Shown: positions 30,935 through 41,699, counted from the whole stretch's first letter. The stretch is DNA of 61,803 nt, filler included, from Candidatus Woesearchaeota archaeon (GCA_003650545.1; 4 parts of 4 records of this genome joined end to end with filler, not necessarily neighbours in it); one strand, 5' to 3'. Notes: generated by a model from the sequence alone, not told the origin. Numbers and translations are program-made.

Positions 30935-32005
30935 TTACATCGTATTGTCTATTATGTCCTGATTTTTCAGGGATATTCCACAGTGATAATATCCGGAAAT
31001 ATTCTGTATTGTGTTGCCCTTTCTATCCTGATAAATTACTGCGTATCCAAGATCCATCGGAGCATACCTTGGTTTTCCTGTTCTTGCATAATCGAGTGTA
31101 TGACACATAGATCCCTGCTCTATTACAGTTCTACCTCCGATAGCGAGCTTGGCCTGGTGGTGGTTATGAGCAACAACGATACAGTCGAATTCTATGAGCT
31201 GGTCTCTGAAGTAGTTATGTGCCCATTCACCGGTCCTTCCGTAAACTTTACTGTAAAACTTGGGATGGCAGAATATAGTTTTTCCTATCCTTACCCACCA
31301 TTTTTCCTCGCTGCCGACAGTTATAACATTTTTAAAATTGTGTTCGGCTATTTTTCGGCCGTCATCATCGTATACTTCACCTTTTGCAATATGGTTCAGT
31401 ATTTCATAATCGAAGAGCCATGACAAATTCTGGGTAAGGTGAGTATTCATGTACGTATTTATTCTTTCCTCATGATTTCCCTTCGTCAGCACAACCTTTG
31501 GAAATATCCCGGCAAACTTCTCTATATAGCCTAGAACCTTCCTGTATTCATAAAGCAGTGCTATCTCCTTATCCTTGACGAATTTGCTTACAGCATATCC
31601 ATCAAATAGATCACCGTTTATAACCAGTATATCTGCATCGGAATGATCTGAAATTGCTTTCTTGATGAAATCTTCATTCTCAAAAGGAACATGGAAGTCA
31701 CTCATACAAAGTATCTTTCTATGCGGCTTCGCTGTTGATGGTGTTCCTATTAGAGACATCTGACGTTTCAGAAGATCTATGGTTCTAAGCATCTCCTGTG
31801 TTGCTTCGCTTCTGGATTTCTTGTTTCCTTTGGATGTTCTGGTTTCGGAAGTGACCTGTGATTTGGATTTTCTGTTGAGATTGGCAAGCACAGCAGAAAC
31901 TGTTGTCCGGGGAACATTCAGTAACCGGGCAACATCCAAAGTAGAATAATTTTCGTCTGATTGGAGAAGTCTTACAATTTCATCTCTGGTATCTTTATTT
32001 AACAA
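30935..32005 (-). CDS. HTH plus calcineurin-like metallophosphoesterase
   Basis: N-terminal STLDVARLLNVPRTTVS; SDFHVPF, NGDLFD, GNHE, CHP, AHNH. Confidence 0.85.
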   Translation of the reverse strand: MLNKDTRDEIVRLLQSDENYSTLDVARLLNVPRTTVSAVLANLNRKSKSQVTSETRTSKGNKKSRSEATQEMLRTIDLLKRQMSLIGTPSTAKPHRKILCMSDFHVPFENEDFIKKAISDHSDADILVINGDLFDGYAVSKFVKDKEIALLYEYRKVLGYIEKFAGIFPKVVLTKGNHEERINTYMNTHLTQNLSWLFDYEILNHIAKGEVYDDDGRKIAEHNFKNVITVGSEEKWWVRIGKTIFCHPKFYSKVYGRTGEWAHNYFRDQLIEFDCIVVAHNHHQAKLAIGGRTVIEQGSMCHTLDYARTGKPRYAPMDLGYAVIYQDRKGNTIQNISGYYHCGISLKNQDIIDNTM

Positions 32006-32088
32006 AATTTACCACCACCCTTTCTACTCCCATTATATCACAGAACCGGGTGGATTTCAAGTGATTTTTAGTGAATAATTGGTGATAT

Positions 32089-32253
32089 TCACTGGCGAAA
32101 ATTCTTTACGGTCCTTCTGATGGATGACAAACTTCTCGGCACCATACATGATATTTCTTTTTCTGTATATCCTATTTCATAGAGAGCCTTAATTGTATTT
32201 CTATATATATTTCTCCGGCTTTTAGGAATAGATTTTATTATTCTGATATTCAT
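32089..32253 (-). CDS. Small HTH protein
   Basis: MNIRII...LYEIGYTEKEISCMVPRSLSSIRR; GGAGG RBS before ATG 32253. Confidence 0.55.
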   Translation of the reverse strand: MNIRIIKSIPKSRRNIYRNTIKALYEIGYTEKEISCMVPRSLSSIRRTVKNFRQ

Positions 32254-32852
32254 TATCTGCCTCCATAACTGCACGAAAACCAACACAATAACCCCAGCAG
32301 TCTCTAGTGCGGTAGTTGCGGGTGGAACTGCGCGCGTAAAATGCGGAGAGGAACCAGCAGCCGCCTCGAAGCGCGCAACACGAGCCAGACGACGGGCCCG
32401 CAGGATCTATCTCTGGACTGCTTGAATAATAACTGCTGCTATACCAGTCCTCACACCATTCGTACACGTTCCCAAGCATGTCATATAGTCCCCATGCATT
32501 TGGCAGCTTCTCTCCGACGGGATGCGTCCGATTGCCTGAATTGCCGTCATGCCACAAGTAAGCTTCATCAGGCCTGTCTCCCCAGTAATATTCTGTCGTT
32601 GTCCCCGCTCTGCACGCATACTCCCATTCTGCCTCTGTCGGCAGTCTATACGTTCTGCCCTCCTTTTCTGACAGCTTTCTGCAGAATTCCTTCGCGTCAT
32701 CCCAAGTAACCATCTCAACAGGTCTGTCGTCTCCCCTGAAATTCGACGGATTCGTCCTCATTATTGCTTTATACTGCGACTGTGTTACCTCGTAAATCCC
32801 GATGTAGAACGGTTTAGTTATCGTTACTTTATGCACGGGAGCTTCCCACATA
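32222..32852 (-). CDS. FGE-sulfatase/C-type-lectin-fold protein, 5' truncated; probable DGR target
   Basis: YEVTQ.QY, PVE.VTW.DA..FC, RLPTEAEWEYACRAG, PNAWGLYDMLGNVYEW, RGG.W...GFR. Confidence 0.9.
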
Positions 32853-32952
32853 NNNNNNNNNNNNNNNNNNNNNNNNNNNNNNNNNNNNNNNNNNNNTTAA
32901 TTAATTAANNNNNNNNNNNNNNNNNNNNNNNNNNNNNNNNNNNNNNNNNNNN
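32853..32952. other. Artificial contig spacer
   Basis: N44-TTAATTAATTAA-N44. Confidence 0.99.
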
Positions 32953-33132
32953 AACAAAAAGAGGACGCATATAAAAATTATGGCGATGATTGCCTTATTT
33001 ATAGAATACCAACTAAAAGACCTCATACAAGCAATAGAAAAAGACCAACAACCACCAATAACAGGACAAGACGGATTGAGAACAATAGAAATGATAGAAG
33101 AATGTGAAGAAATAGCCTGTTTCTTAATTTAG
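32953..33132 (+). CDS. C-terminal fragment resembling a Gfo/Idh/MocA oxidoreductase
   Basis: QLKDLIQAIEKDQQPPITGQDGLRTIEMIE, stop TAG 33130-33132; not in the ORF track. Confidence 0.5.
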   Translation, partial: NKKRTHIKIMAMIALFIEYQLKDLIQAIEKDQQPPITGQDGLRTIEMIEECEEIACFLI

Positions 33133-33283
33133 ATCGAGAGCAGGAATAAGGATCATAAATTTCATATAATAATAAGTTCCTATTTTGAACATAACGATAT
33201 AGAATAGATTATGAATAGAAAAGAGTTTGATACACTTCCAGAAGACTTTTAAGCAAGAAAGCTCATAGAAATTATTTGAAAAA

Positions 33284-34171
33284 TTACTTCTGCAATAACT
33301 TTGTATTATAGTAAATGGAGTTAGTTTTATCTGTTTTCCCTAAATACTGGAATCCTAATTTTTTTAGAATCTTATGAGAAAAATCTCGAAGCACTGGGAA
33401 TGTAGTTTCAATTATTACATACTTAGTCTTAGTCAAAGTATTTTTTGCACCAAGTAACACTAACGGTTCCGCTCCTTCTACATCGATCTTTATAACGTCT
33501 ATATTATCTTCACTATATAATATGTCATCCAGAGTTATGCTTGGAACTTCTATGTATCTAGAACGTAGCTCAACGATACTATGTCTGCCATGGAATTCTG
33601 ATAGTGTTAGCAGTACTTTGCCTTTTTTTTGTGAAACAGCATATCTGTATGCATAAACCTTTGAGTACAAATTGTTAAGCTTTAAGTTATATTTCAAAAG
33701 TCGAAAGTTTCTAGGATGTGGTTCAAACGAGTATACTCTTCTGGCTTTACTAGCAAGCCTAATAGTGTAGCCGCCAATATTTGCCCCTACATCTACAAAA
33801 ACTCCTCCGGGACTTAAGAGACGCTTAGCAAGTTTTAGGGTATCCTTCTCGTAACATAGGGTAGAATGATATAGATCCTCAAGATCTTCAATATAGAACA
33901 GGGCATTATCTAATAGGATTATAGTAGGTTTACCCGCTAGAAGTTTTCTTAAGAGCGATTTATTAATATAGTAATTGCAGTCCTTAATAAGTAACCGAAG
34001 CATTTCGATATCACGATACCTGATATTTAAGCCGAGTTCAAATAAGATTGCTAAAAGAAAGCTTGGAGTCTTGATATAGGATATGAGGTTACGAGTACGT
34101 TTCTTAGAACTTAAGGTTATCATCATAAATAATGCTGATCTTAAAAAACGAAAGTTATAACAACTACACAT
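33284..34171 (-). CDS. FkbM family methyltransferase
   Basis: FVDVGANIG, SFEP.P.N, IKIDVEGAE; exact start uncertain. Confidence 0.92.
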   Translation of the reverse strand: MCSCYNFRFLRSALFMMITLSSKKRTRNLISYIKTPSFLLAILFELGLNIRYRDIEMLRLLIKDCNYYINKSLLRKLLAGKPTIILLDNALFYIEDLEDLYHSTLCYEKDTLKLAKRLLSPGGVFVDVGANIGGYTIRLASKARRVYSFEPHPRNFRLLKYNLKLNNLYSKVYAYRYAVSQKKGKVLLTLSEFHGRHSIVELRSRYIEVPSITLDDILYSEDNIDVIKIDVEGAEPLVLLGAKNTLTKTKYVIIETTFPVLRDFSHKILKKLGFQYLGKTDKTNSIYYNTKLLQK

Positions 34172-34341
34172 GTAATAACACCTGTGTATGTTTTATACTT
34201 AATAAAGTCCATATACTTTTCGTCATTAGAATCAACGTTAACTCATAGTTAAGTACAATGAGTTTATATCTTCTTTAATAATGCATGTAAGGCCTAATCT
34301 AACTGTTCAGAATCTACATTAATGCTTAGAAAAAGAAAAAA

Positions 34342-35787
34342 TTAATTACATAGGCTTTTCCTTAATCTTAATCTAAGAGAAAGTACATTCTCAACGAATT
34401 TCTTAAGCTTATTAATATTGTCTAAATGCAGATTAATTAGTCTTATTAAGTCGTTAGCTACATCTTTATGCTCTTCAAATAAGTTATGCTTCTCATTAGG
34501 ATCCTTTGCTAAATCGTAGAGCTCAAACATTGGAACACTTGAATGAATTAAGTCTAATATTAATTTCCACCTACCAAGAACAACGGAAACTATATATCTT
34601 GATGTATCATACTTCAGGTTTATCAGATCAGGTATGGCACTCTCTGAAAAAATGGGATAAAGATTTGTTTCACTACCTTCATATAACACCCTTGCTAGAC
34701 TCTTACCCTTAAATACAATGGGTTTTTTAGCACGTATTAAGTCAATTATAGTCGGTGCAAGATCCATTAATTGTATGGGTCTATCATATATTTGTCTCTT
34801 TGAATTAATGAATGTACCTCCAATAATTAAGGGAACTCTTAAAACTTCATTATATAGTATATCATATGCGTGACCAAACTTCCCGTGCTCTAAAAAAGCT
34901 TCACCATGATCACTTGTTATTATTACGAGTGAATCATCTAAAAGACTATACCTACTTAATTCCTCAAGTAAATGGGCTATGTTATCAGCGACATATCTAA
35001 CAGATGCCTCATAAAGTTTCTTTAATCTACTTACAATCTCAGGATTTGGGTTCTCAAAATTTAGTCTATAGTTATAGAAGAAAGCTTCTCTCCTATTAGA
35101 AAAACCGGTACCACTTAGATATTCATCAGGAGGAGCGAAGGGGAAATGTACATCCATGTAGTGAATCCATAAAAATACACGTTTAAGTTTGTTATTGTTC
35201 TTCCTAATCCATTCCAATACATAGTTATTCAGCTCTCGAGCCTCTATATAAGGTAAATTAAATCCTTTAATCCTATAATATACTCTATTGACTATACTCC
35301 ATAGTTTTTTGCTACTACCCTCTAGTAGTTTACCTAAAACATTAATAAGAAAACGTTTCCAACCGCTACTCGATACAACCAGACCAGCTGGACTACGATA
35401 CCGTCCAAGAAAATCATAAAACTCCATGAAACCACGATCCCAACCAAAGCGTCTAGACAAAAACGGATTACTATGAAAACCGATCGTGTAGAAACCGTTC
35501 TGAGATAAAACTTCAGCGAGTGTAGGTATACCATCCTTAAGTCTTAAATCCCCGTGTACGAGAAAAGGAGTAGAGGACATGATACTAGGGAAACTCTGAG
35601 AAGTACCAGGACCATTACTATAAACTACTTTAAAAGTTAGTAAACTGCCTACATTTTCGAAAAGGACATCCCGTACATTATCAAGCATGTCATAATCGGC
35701 ACGAAGAGAGTCAACAGTTATTAGTATAACTCTGTTAATCTTGATTTTATTAATAATCTCGTCACTCATAAGCATCACTAAATTCAA
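34342..35787 (-). CDS. Sulfatase-like hydrolase/transferase (alkaline phosphatase superfamily)
   Basis: ITVDSLRAD, GPGTSQSFPS, HYMDVH.P, TSDHGE, GH, ELYDL..DP.E..NL. Confidence 0.88.
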   Translation of the reverse strand: MNLVMLMSDEIINKIKINRVILITVDSLRADYDMLDNVRDVLFENVGSLLTFKVVYSNGPGTSQSFPSIMSSTPFLVHGDLRLKDGIPTLAEVLSQNGFYTIGFHSNPFLSRRFGWDRGFMEFYDFLGRYRSPAGLVVSSSGWKRFLINVLGKLLEGSSKKLWSIVNRVYYRIKGFNLPYIEARELNNYVLEWIRKNNNKLKRVFLWIHYMDVHFPFAPPDEYLSGTGFSNRREAFFYNYRLNFENPNPEIVSRLKKLYEASVRYVADNIAHLLEELSRYSLLDDSLVIITSDHGEAFLEHGKFGHAYDILYNEVLRVPLIIGGTFINSKRQIYDRPIQLMDLAPTIIDLIRAKKPIVFKGKSLARVLYEGSETNLYPIFSESAIPDLINLKYDTSRYIVSVVLGRWKLILDLIHSSVPMFELYDLAKDPNEKHNLFEEHKDVANDLIRLINLHLDNINKLKKFVENVLSLRLRLRKSLCN

Positions 35788-36716
35788 TTTAAGTTGAGAA
35801 CTTTGAGATAACGTGCCAATCCCTCTCTTAGATCTATGGGCTCAATTTCAAGTATCTGCTTCATTAAGGTTATATCAGCCTGTGTTTTCTCTAAGTATTT
35901 AGGAGGTTTAGGCACGTAAAGTGGTTTAATGTTCTTGCCAAGCATATCATTAATTATTTTAATTACTTCATTAAATGTATACGATCTACCACTTCCAACG
36001 TTTATTATAGGCGGTGTTTCTCTCACAGCAGACCTTATTATAGCTTCCACTATATCATCTATATAAACAAAATCTCTGCTTTGCGTACCATCACCATATA
36101 CTATTGGTCTTTTGTCACTTAATATGGACTTTAAGAATAAGGTAACAGGACTAGCTATTCGACCTTTATGATCCTCACCAGGTCCATAACCAGCGAAAAT
36201 TCTGAGTCCTACACTTTTTACTTCATCTCTATAGTAATTAGCTATTATTTCACAAGTTAGTTTTGCGATACCATATAGGTTTACTGGCCTTGGTATATCG
36301 AACTCAGAATTCGGGGGAGGCGATTTTCCATAAACACTTCCTGAAGATGCATATATTACCTTTTGCACATTAATTTCTCTTGATAGTTCCATAATGTTTA
36401 TAAAACCGGATACGGTTTCGCGAAACTTCTCTTCAGGAGCTTCATTAAATAATATTACCGATGATGGACTACCAAAGTGAAAGATAAAATCTATGTCCCC
36501 CTTAGTATATTCGATAATGCGTTTAATGAAGTCTTTACTATCAACAGCTATATTCAATATATTCACTTCTAAGTTTTTAAGATTTTCCTTCACACCAGTT
36601 GAGAAATTGTCAGCCACTATTATATCACAATTATACTTTATGAGTTTGCGTATTATATGAGAACCTATAAAGCCAGCCCCGCCTGTTACCAATACTCGCT
36701 TATTCCTTAAGCTCAT
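35784..36716 (-). CDS. NAD-dependent NDP-sugar epimerase/dehydratase
   Basis: TGGAGFIGSH, ASSGSVYG, YGIAK, GDGTQSRDFVY. Confidence 0.93.
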   Translation of the reverse strand: MSLRNKRVLVTGGAGFIGSHIIRKLIKYNCDIIVADNFSTGVKENLKNLEVNILNIAVDSKDFIKRIIEYTKGDIDFIFHFGSPSSVILFNEAPEEKFRETVSGFINIMELSREINVQKVIYASSGSVYGKSPPPNSEFDIPRPVNLYGIAKLTCEIIANYYRDEVKSVGLRIFAGYGPGEDHKGRIASPVTLFLKSILSDKRPIVYGDGTQSRDFVYIDDIVEAIIRSAVRETPPIINVGSGRSYTFNEVIKIINDMLGKNIKPLYVPKPPKYLEKTQADITLMKQILEIEPIDLREGLARYLKVLNLN

Positions 36717-36722
36717 TTTTGC

Positions 36723-37862
36723 TCACCTTAAGAGTACTTCATATACATTCTTGATAAGTTTTTCGACATGACGTTCGAGAGAGTATTTAGCTTTAACAAT
36801 CTCTCGAGACTCTCTGCCCATTCTTTTACATAGGGTGGGGTCAGATATTAACAAGTATAATTTTTGTGCTATATGTTCTGGTGACTTAGGGGGGACAATA
36901 AAACCGCATCTTCCATGCATTACAATTTCATTAAGTGGAACAATGTTAGATACTATGACAGGAAGACCTGATGCCATAGCTTCAAGAACAACTAACCCGA
37001 AAACTTCTTCAAGAGAAGGATAGACGAAGATATCAAGCTTTTGTAAGAAAGAGGGAGGATGTACTGGACCGCAGAAAGTGACAAAATCCTGTAGGTTTTT
37101 GCGATACACATATTCCCTTAATGTATTGAAATACTTAATGTCATTTATAGGACCAGCTATATACACTTTTATGGGCATAGTTATCTTAAACTCCTTAAGA
37201 AGGATGTAGATACCTCTTAAAAGGTATAACACCCCTTTCTTCTTGCATATTCTCCCAAGGAATCCTATGTTTACATGAGATTTGTATGACTTCTTAGGAT
37301 TAGGCTTGAATTCTTCTATGTTAACACCATGAGGTATTATCACAACATTATCTTCGGGAATCCCTAGCGTTATCAGGAAGTTTTTATCTCTTTTAGAGAA
37401 AACATGAAACATATTAGAGGAGTTAATGAGTATCCTCCTTGCCAAAGGATTATATCTGTAATATTTAATCCAATATGATAAGGAATGACAAGATAAAACT
37501 TTAGGTCTTTTCACTTTACGAGTAAAGAGGGGAAATGTTAAGTCTACATCATCATGAAAATGTATAATGTCAAATAAAGATACGTATTCCTTTAGTTTAT
37601 TAAGGTGAAGGGGTAAATAGTGTACTCTGAATGGGATTCGTAATAGCCCAATATACTTCGAAGGCCATACGTTTTTCTTAACACTATTTATGTATTCGCT
37701 TTTTAGGAAATTCAGGGTACATTGCCTACTAGTATCTGTTAGAGAAATAACCTCGGTCACTATTCCTAATTTCTTGAGTGCAGTAGATAGATTAAATATG
37801 TAATATTCGGTTCCTCCAATTACTGGTAGGAAACTCGGAGTTAAATGTACTACCTTAAGCAT
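36723..37862 (-). CDS. Glycosyltransferase family 4
   Basis: GG.E, IPHGV, GRI..KKG, PSLEEVFGLVVLEAMASG. Confidence 0.93.
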   Translation of the reverse strand: MLKVVHLTPSFLPVIGGTEYYIFNLSTALKKLGIVTEVISLTDTSRQCTLNFLKSEYINSVKKNVWPSKYIGLLRIPFRVHYLPLHLNKLKEYVSLFDIIHFHDDVDLTFPLFTRKVKRPKVLSCHSLSYWIKYYRYNPLARRILINSSNMFHVFSKRDKNFLITLGIPEDNVVIIPHGVNIEEFKPNPKKSYKSHVNIGFLGRICKKKGVLYLLRGIYILLKEFKITMPIKVYIAGPINDIKYFNTLREYVYRKNLQDFVTFCGPVHPPSFLQKLDIFVYPSLEEVFGLVVLEAMASGLPVIVSNIVPLNEIVMHGRCGFIVPPKSPEHIAQKLYLLISDPTLCKRMGRESREIVKAKYSLERHVEKLIKNVYEVLLR

Positions 37863-37877
37863 CTTATTGTTTTACCA

Positions 37878-39095
37878 TTACTCTAATTTAAGGAGTTCTC
37901 TATATAGATTCCACAATTTGTTTTTTACAGCATTCAAATTATATTCTCTATGAACCCTTTCTCTGCCTTTCTGACCTAATTTCTTGCGTAATTTCTCGTT
38001 CCATATTAGTTCGAGAATCCGATCCGCGAAAGCTTGAGCTTTTCTTTCGCACAAAAGTGAGACTTCATTATTAGGTGCTATTTCACTTATAGGTGGGATA
38101 TTAGTCGCTATAATGGGAAGGCCAGCAGCCATAGCTTCTAAAAGAACTAATGGCATAGCTTCTATCTTTGATGGAAGAGCGAAAATATCGCTACTCAGAT
38201 AAAGGTACAATAAGTCCTCCCTTGGAGGGTCTATTATTACCTTTACTACATTATATAAGTCATATTTTGCTATTCTTTGAATTATGTTTTCGTATAGATA
38301 ATCTCGTTGTTGCTTTGTGAAAACTCTACCTACAAGAACTAAACTTAATCTATTTTTTAAATGAGGAGCCTTTTCTACAATTAATTTAAGAGCATCTATT
38401 AGAATATGCTGTCCTTTAAGTTCCATAAAATTAGCTACGCATAGAATGTTTAACTCCTTGAGGTTGTATTTATCTCTAATTTTTTCGAGATAATCCTCAT
38501 TTTGATTTTTAAATATGTTTGGATCTATACCATGAGGTATTATCACTAGATTTTCGCTATTTATATACCTTGCATAAAGATTGGCTTGAAAACGCGTAAA
38601 TACGTGAAAACGTGATAATTCGTATTCCCCAAATTTAAGACATTTATTAATCAAGTGACTGCCTAATTTTTTAACTATATTAGTGTATAACTCAGGCCAA
38701 TGAATATAGTGTGAAGTAAAGACAAGAGGAATCTTATACTTACGGAGTATGAGAAAGGCTATTATGTTCTCAATAAAGAGTAAGGAATGCATATGTACTA
38801 ATGTGCACTCTCTACACATTCTAGTTAAGTACTTTATTAAATATTTAGTAAAGTGATTGATAAAGTCTACGTTCATACTCTGATTAATCCTAAAGGTAGC
38901 AGGGAATTTTATTATTCTTAATCCTTCGTAGTTATACGCAAATGGAACTTTGCTTAACTTGGCACCCTTAGATAATATTATGACATCAAACCCCTTCTCA
39001 AGCATCATTTTTGCAGGGTAATAAAAGAAGTGCGGACTAAGTTGCTTCTTTATTATATATTCATCCCACCATTCGGTTATTTCAACAAATAACAT
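37878..39095 (-). CDS. Glycosyltransferase family 4
   Basis: IPHGID, KG...LI.A, PSKIEAMPLVLLEAMAAG. Confidence 0.93.
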   Translation of the reverse strand: MLFVEITEWWDEYIIKKQLSPHFFYYPAKMMLEKGFDVIILSKGAKLSKVPFAYNYEGLRIIKFPATFRINQSMNVDFINHFTKYLIKYLTRMCRECTLVHMHSLLFIENIIAFLILRKYKIPLVFTSHYIHWPELYTNIVKKLGSHLINKCLKFGEYELSRFHVFTRFQANLYARYINSENLVIIPHGIDPNIFKNQNEDYLEKIRDKYNLKELNILCVANFMELKGQHILIDALKLIVEKAPHLKNRLSLVLVGRVFTKQQRDYLYENIIQRIAKYDLYNVVKVIIDPPREDLLYLYLSSDIFALPSKIEAMPLVLLEAMAAGLPIIATNIPPISEIAPNNEVSLLCERKAQAFADRILELIWNEKLRKKLGQKGRERVHREYNLNAVKNKLWNLYRELLKLE

Positions 39096-39110
39096 AACAA
39101 ATTCGCCTAA

Positions 39111-41699
39111 TCATATTGGGGGAATGCTCGCTATAAACATGTACATGATTAGAAACTCAGAGGTTGAAGTACTACCTTGAATTTTCAAGAACTTAAGATT
39201 AGTAATATTGTTAAGCTCTATGATTGCTAAATGCGAAGTAGCTTCACGACTACTGAGTAGTAATTTAGAATGATATGTAGAATTTATAGCATAAATATCC
39301 ATAAGACCGTGATTCACCTTATATTTTATTACAAGATATAGATTTTTTGTATTAAATGGTGGAGTGAAGGTGAATATAATACCTTTATATAAACGATTAC
39401 TTCGAACCAGAATATAGTCCTTATGAATGGCTACATATACGTCTTCTTCTTTAACGAAAGATGTTGAAGGAATTAAAATATATTTAACATCTAGGAATGG
39501 GAATGTAGACATGAATGTTATGGTATAGTTTGTTGTTACGTCACTTTCTATATGCATAATGTTATTACTATAAGTGAGAATTAATGGGCTAGGAGTTATA
39601 GATGAGGGAATTAAATATCGAGGTATATCTACTAGGTTTACCTCTTTTGCATATACTGTCACACTAAAGTATGGAAAGTCACTGAATTCTAAGTAATTTA
39701 AGTGAAGTACTACTTGAGTATGATTGGGAAAAACGGCCATTATCTTTGTCTCCTTCAAAAGCTTATCAAAGAGCAGACTAATTTTAGTTACATTGTACAT
39801 AAATATGAGGATATCATTACTCTCATATACATTAAGGAAATACCATCGTCTTCTCATAATATTAGTTAACAGATCCTTGCCTTCAGAATAAGAGGGATCT
39901 ATTAGAAAGTAAACTATACGTATACCGCACTTATTGAGGAATAAAGTAGAATTAATTATGTCTTTAGATACAATATCCCGTATTATAGTTAGATAATTCT
40001 TGGGAACAAACATGGGTATACTATAAGTTATTTCTTGAGTGAAATTAAGATTAAGGATAAGTGAAGTATATGTGCATAATCTTCCGGTAGTTACGAATAA
40101 CGTAAAGTTTCTAGAGACACTTTTTAGGGTTGAATTAAGAAATAGTAGTCCTAGGTATTGACTTTCTGTTAGAATTGGTTCGCCGATTTTTGAGTGATGA
40201 AGAACGACTTGCGGGGAAACTTTTCTCCTTAAAGGATAAAAAGAAGTTACATCGAAAGGTGCAAATGAGTTACTCATTACAACTATGAGCGTAAGTAACA
40301 ACATCACTCTTGTATGCTTATGTACATATTCAGAGTATGTAAGACATGTGGTACCTATTAATAGATAGGGAATACTTACTAAAAGAGTAGATTTTAGTAG
40401 ATAACCAAATAAGCCGTAGTAGTAAAATATTCTTAAAGTAGCTTTCGATGCATATAGTCCGAAGTGAGGCATACAAGATACGAGAAATAATATTACGGTA
40501 ATTATTATCCACCATAGACCGTATATTTTGTTAAGTCTTATTAGAAAAATACTCCCAAGCAATATGTAAAATAATTCCTTTTTAAGTACATGTTTGGGAA
40601 TAGCGTTAGTTAGGATTTGGGGATTAAGTTCCGCTCTTAAAGCGTATTTATAACCTCCATATATCCGGTCTAACACTGAATAACTACTTGTTAACTGTAA
40701 ATAGATTTGATATAAGCTAATGGTAATGATTAAGGGCACCAAGCTGATAAGGAAGCTCTTAATCACATCGACTACAAGGCGCCTCTTAAATAAGAATATC
40801 ACAATAATGAGGATATATGAATACAATACCCACCTATAAATAACATCAGTATGAGAAAGAAAGGCCAGAGCGAGAGAGAGGCCAGAGAATAACGAATAAC
40901 TATAGCGGAAGTAGGGACTGTAGTTCGCTACTCCTTTAATTATAAGAGCTAACGAGATGATGAGGAAGGTGTTTGCTAATACATCTCGATAAAGGTCGGA
41001 GAAAAATCTAAATGCAAAAAAGGAGGTTGAATACATTAAGGATCCTAATAAGGCTATATGCTTGTTTTTCGAAACATGCTTATACATCAAATAAACAGGA
41101 TAGACTGAAAAGCTATCGATAGTAGCAATAAGGATCTCTACGATATGATGATTTTTAAACATAACGATAAAAAGAGCAGCAATGAAGTATAAGAGAGAGT
41201 GATTGAAGGGTACACTACTTGGGTAATAATTAGGTACTTCATAAATGTGTTGGATGGAATATCTTATGTAGTTAGGAGTATCCCAGCCTATGAATAGTGG
41301 ATATGCTTTAGCTATATAATATATTCTAAATCCTAAGTTTGTCAGAAATGTAAAGAAAAGACATAGCTCATGAATATTGTATTTAAAGAAGGATATCGGT
41401 TTCAATATATGGATTACGTGGTTTAACTTAAAATGTGATATACATAGATATGAGTATAAAGCCAGTAGAATAGTAAGAGTTGCTTCCAGTAATACCATCC
41501 TAGAGAGTTTTATTAGAATGATTTTCAAAAAGATATATTCAAGCGTTAGTATAAGTACACCAATAATAAAGGCTAAGACGAGTCTTTCTGTAGACTCAAT
41601 ATTTTTATATTGTTTTGATGCCAGTAGTGCTACAGGAAAACCTAGAAGTATTATTATTAGGAATATAATAAGAGCTTGCAGTAAAAATACAAGAAACAT
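39111..41699 (-). CDS. Polytopic membrane protein, possible GT-C fold glycosyltransferase with soluble C-terminal domain
   Basis: >10 TM segments; loop motif GWDTPNY after an N-terminal TM ending in R; lies in the glycan cluster. Confidence 0.65.
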   Translation of the reverse strand: MFLVFLLQALIIFLIIILLGFPVALLASKQYKNIESTERLVLAFIIGVLILTLEYIFLKIILIKLSRMVLLEATLTILLALYSYLCISHFKLNHVIHILKPISFFKYNIHELCLFFTFLTNLGFRIYYIAKAYPLFIGWDTPNYIRYSIQHIYEVPNYYPSSVPFNHSLLYFIAALFIVMFKNHHIVEILIATIDSFSVYPVYLMYKHVSKNKHIALLGSLMYSTSFFAFRFFSDLYRDVLANTFLIISLALIIKGVANYSPYFRYSYSLFSGLSLALAFLSHTDVIYRWVLYSYILIIVIFLFKRRLVVDVIKSFLISLVPLIITISLYQIYLQLTSSYSVLDRIYGGYKYALRAELNPQILTNAIPKHVLKKELFYILLGSIFLIRLNKIYGLWWIIITVILFLVSCMPHFGLYASKATLRIFYYYGLFGYLLKSTLLVSIPYLLIGTTCLTYSEYVHKHTRVMLLLTLIVVMSNSFAPFDVTSFYPLRRKVSPQVVLHHSKIGEPILTESQYLGLLFLNSTLKSVSRNFTLFVTTGRLCTYTSLILNLNFTQEITYSIPMFVPKNYLTIIRDIVSKDIINSTLFLNKCGIRIVYFLIDPSYSEGKDLLTNIMRRRWYFLNVYESNDILIFMYNVTKISLLFDKLLKETKIMAVFPNHTQVVLHLNYLEFSDFPYFSVTVYAKEVNLVDIPRYLIPSSITPSPLILTYSNNIMHIESDVTTNYTITFMSTFPFLDVKYILIPSTSFVKEEDVYVAIHKDYILVRSNRLYKGIIFTFTPPFNTKNLYLVIKYKVNHGLMDIYAINSTYHSKLLLSSREATSHLAIIELNNITNLKFLKIQGSTSTSEFLIMYMFIASIPPI

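Noticed and set aside
17659..32709. Plus-strand ORFs in the phage-like contig (for example 21982-22695, 30160-30693)
   Set aside because: Antisense to well-supported minus-strand genes.
32222..35787. FGE-sulfatase-domain gene near a sulfatase as an enzyme/maturase pair
   Set aside because: They are on different contigs. The FGE-fold protein looks like a DGR target, and the sulfatase lacks the CxPxR motif.
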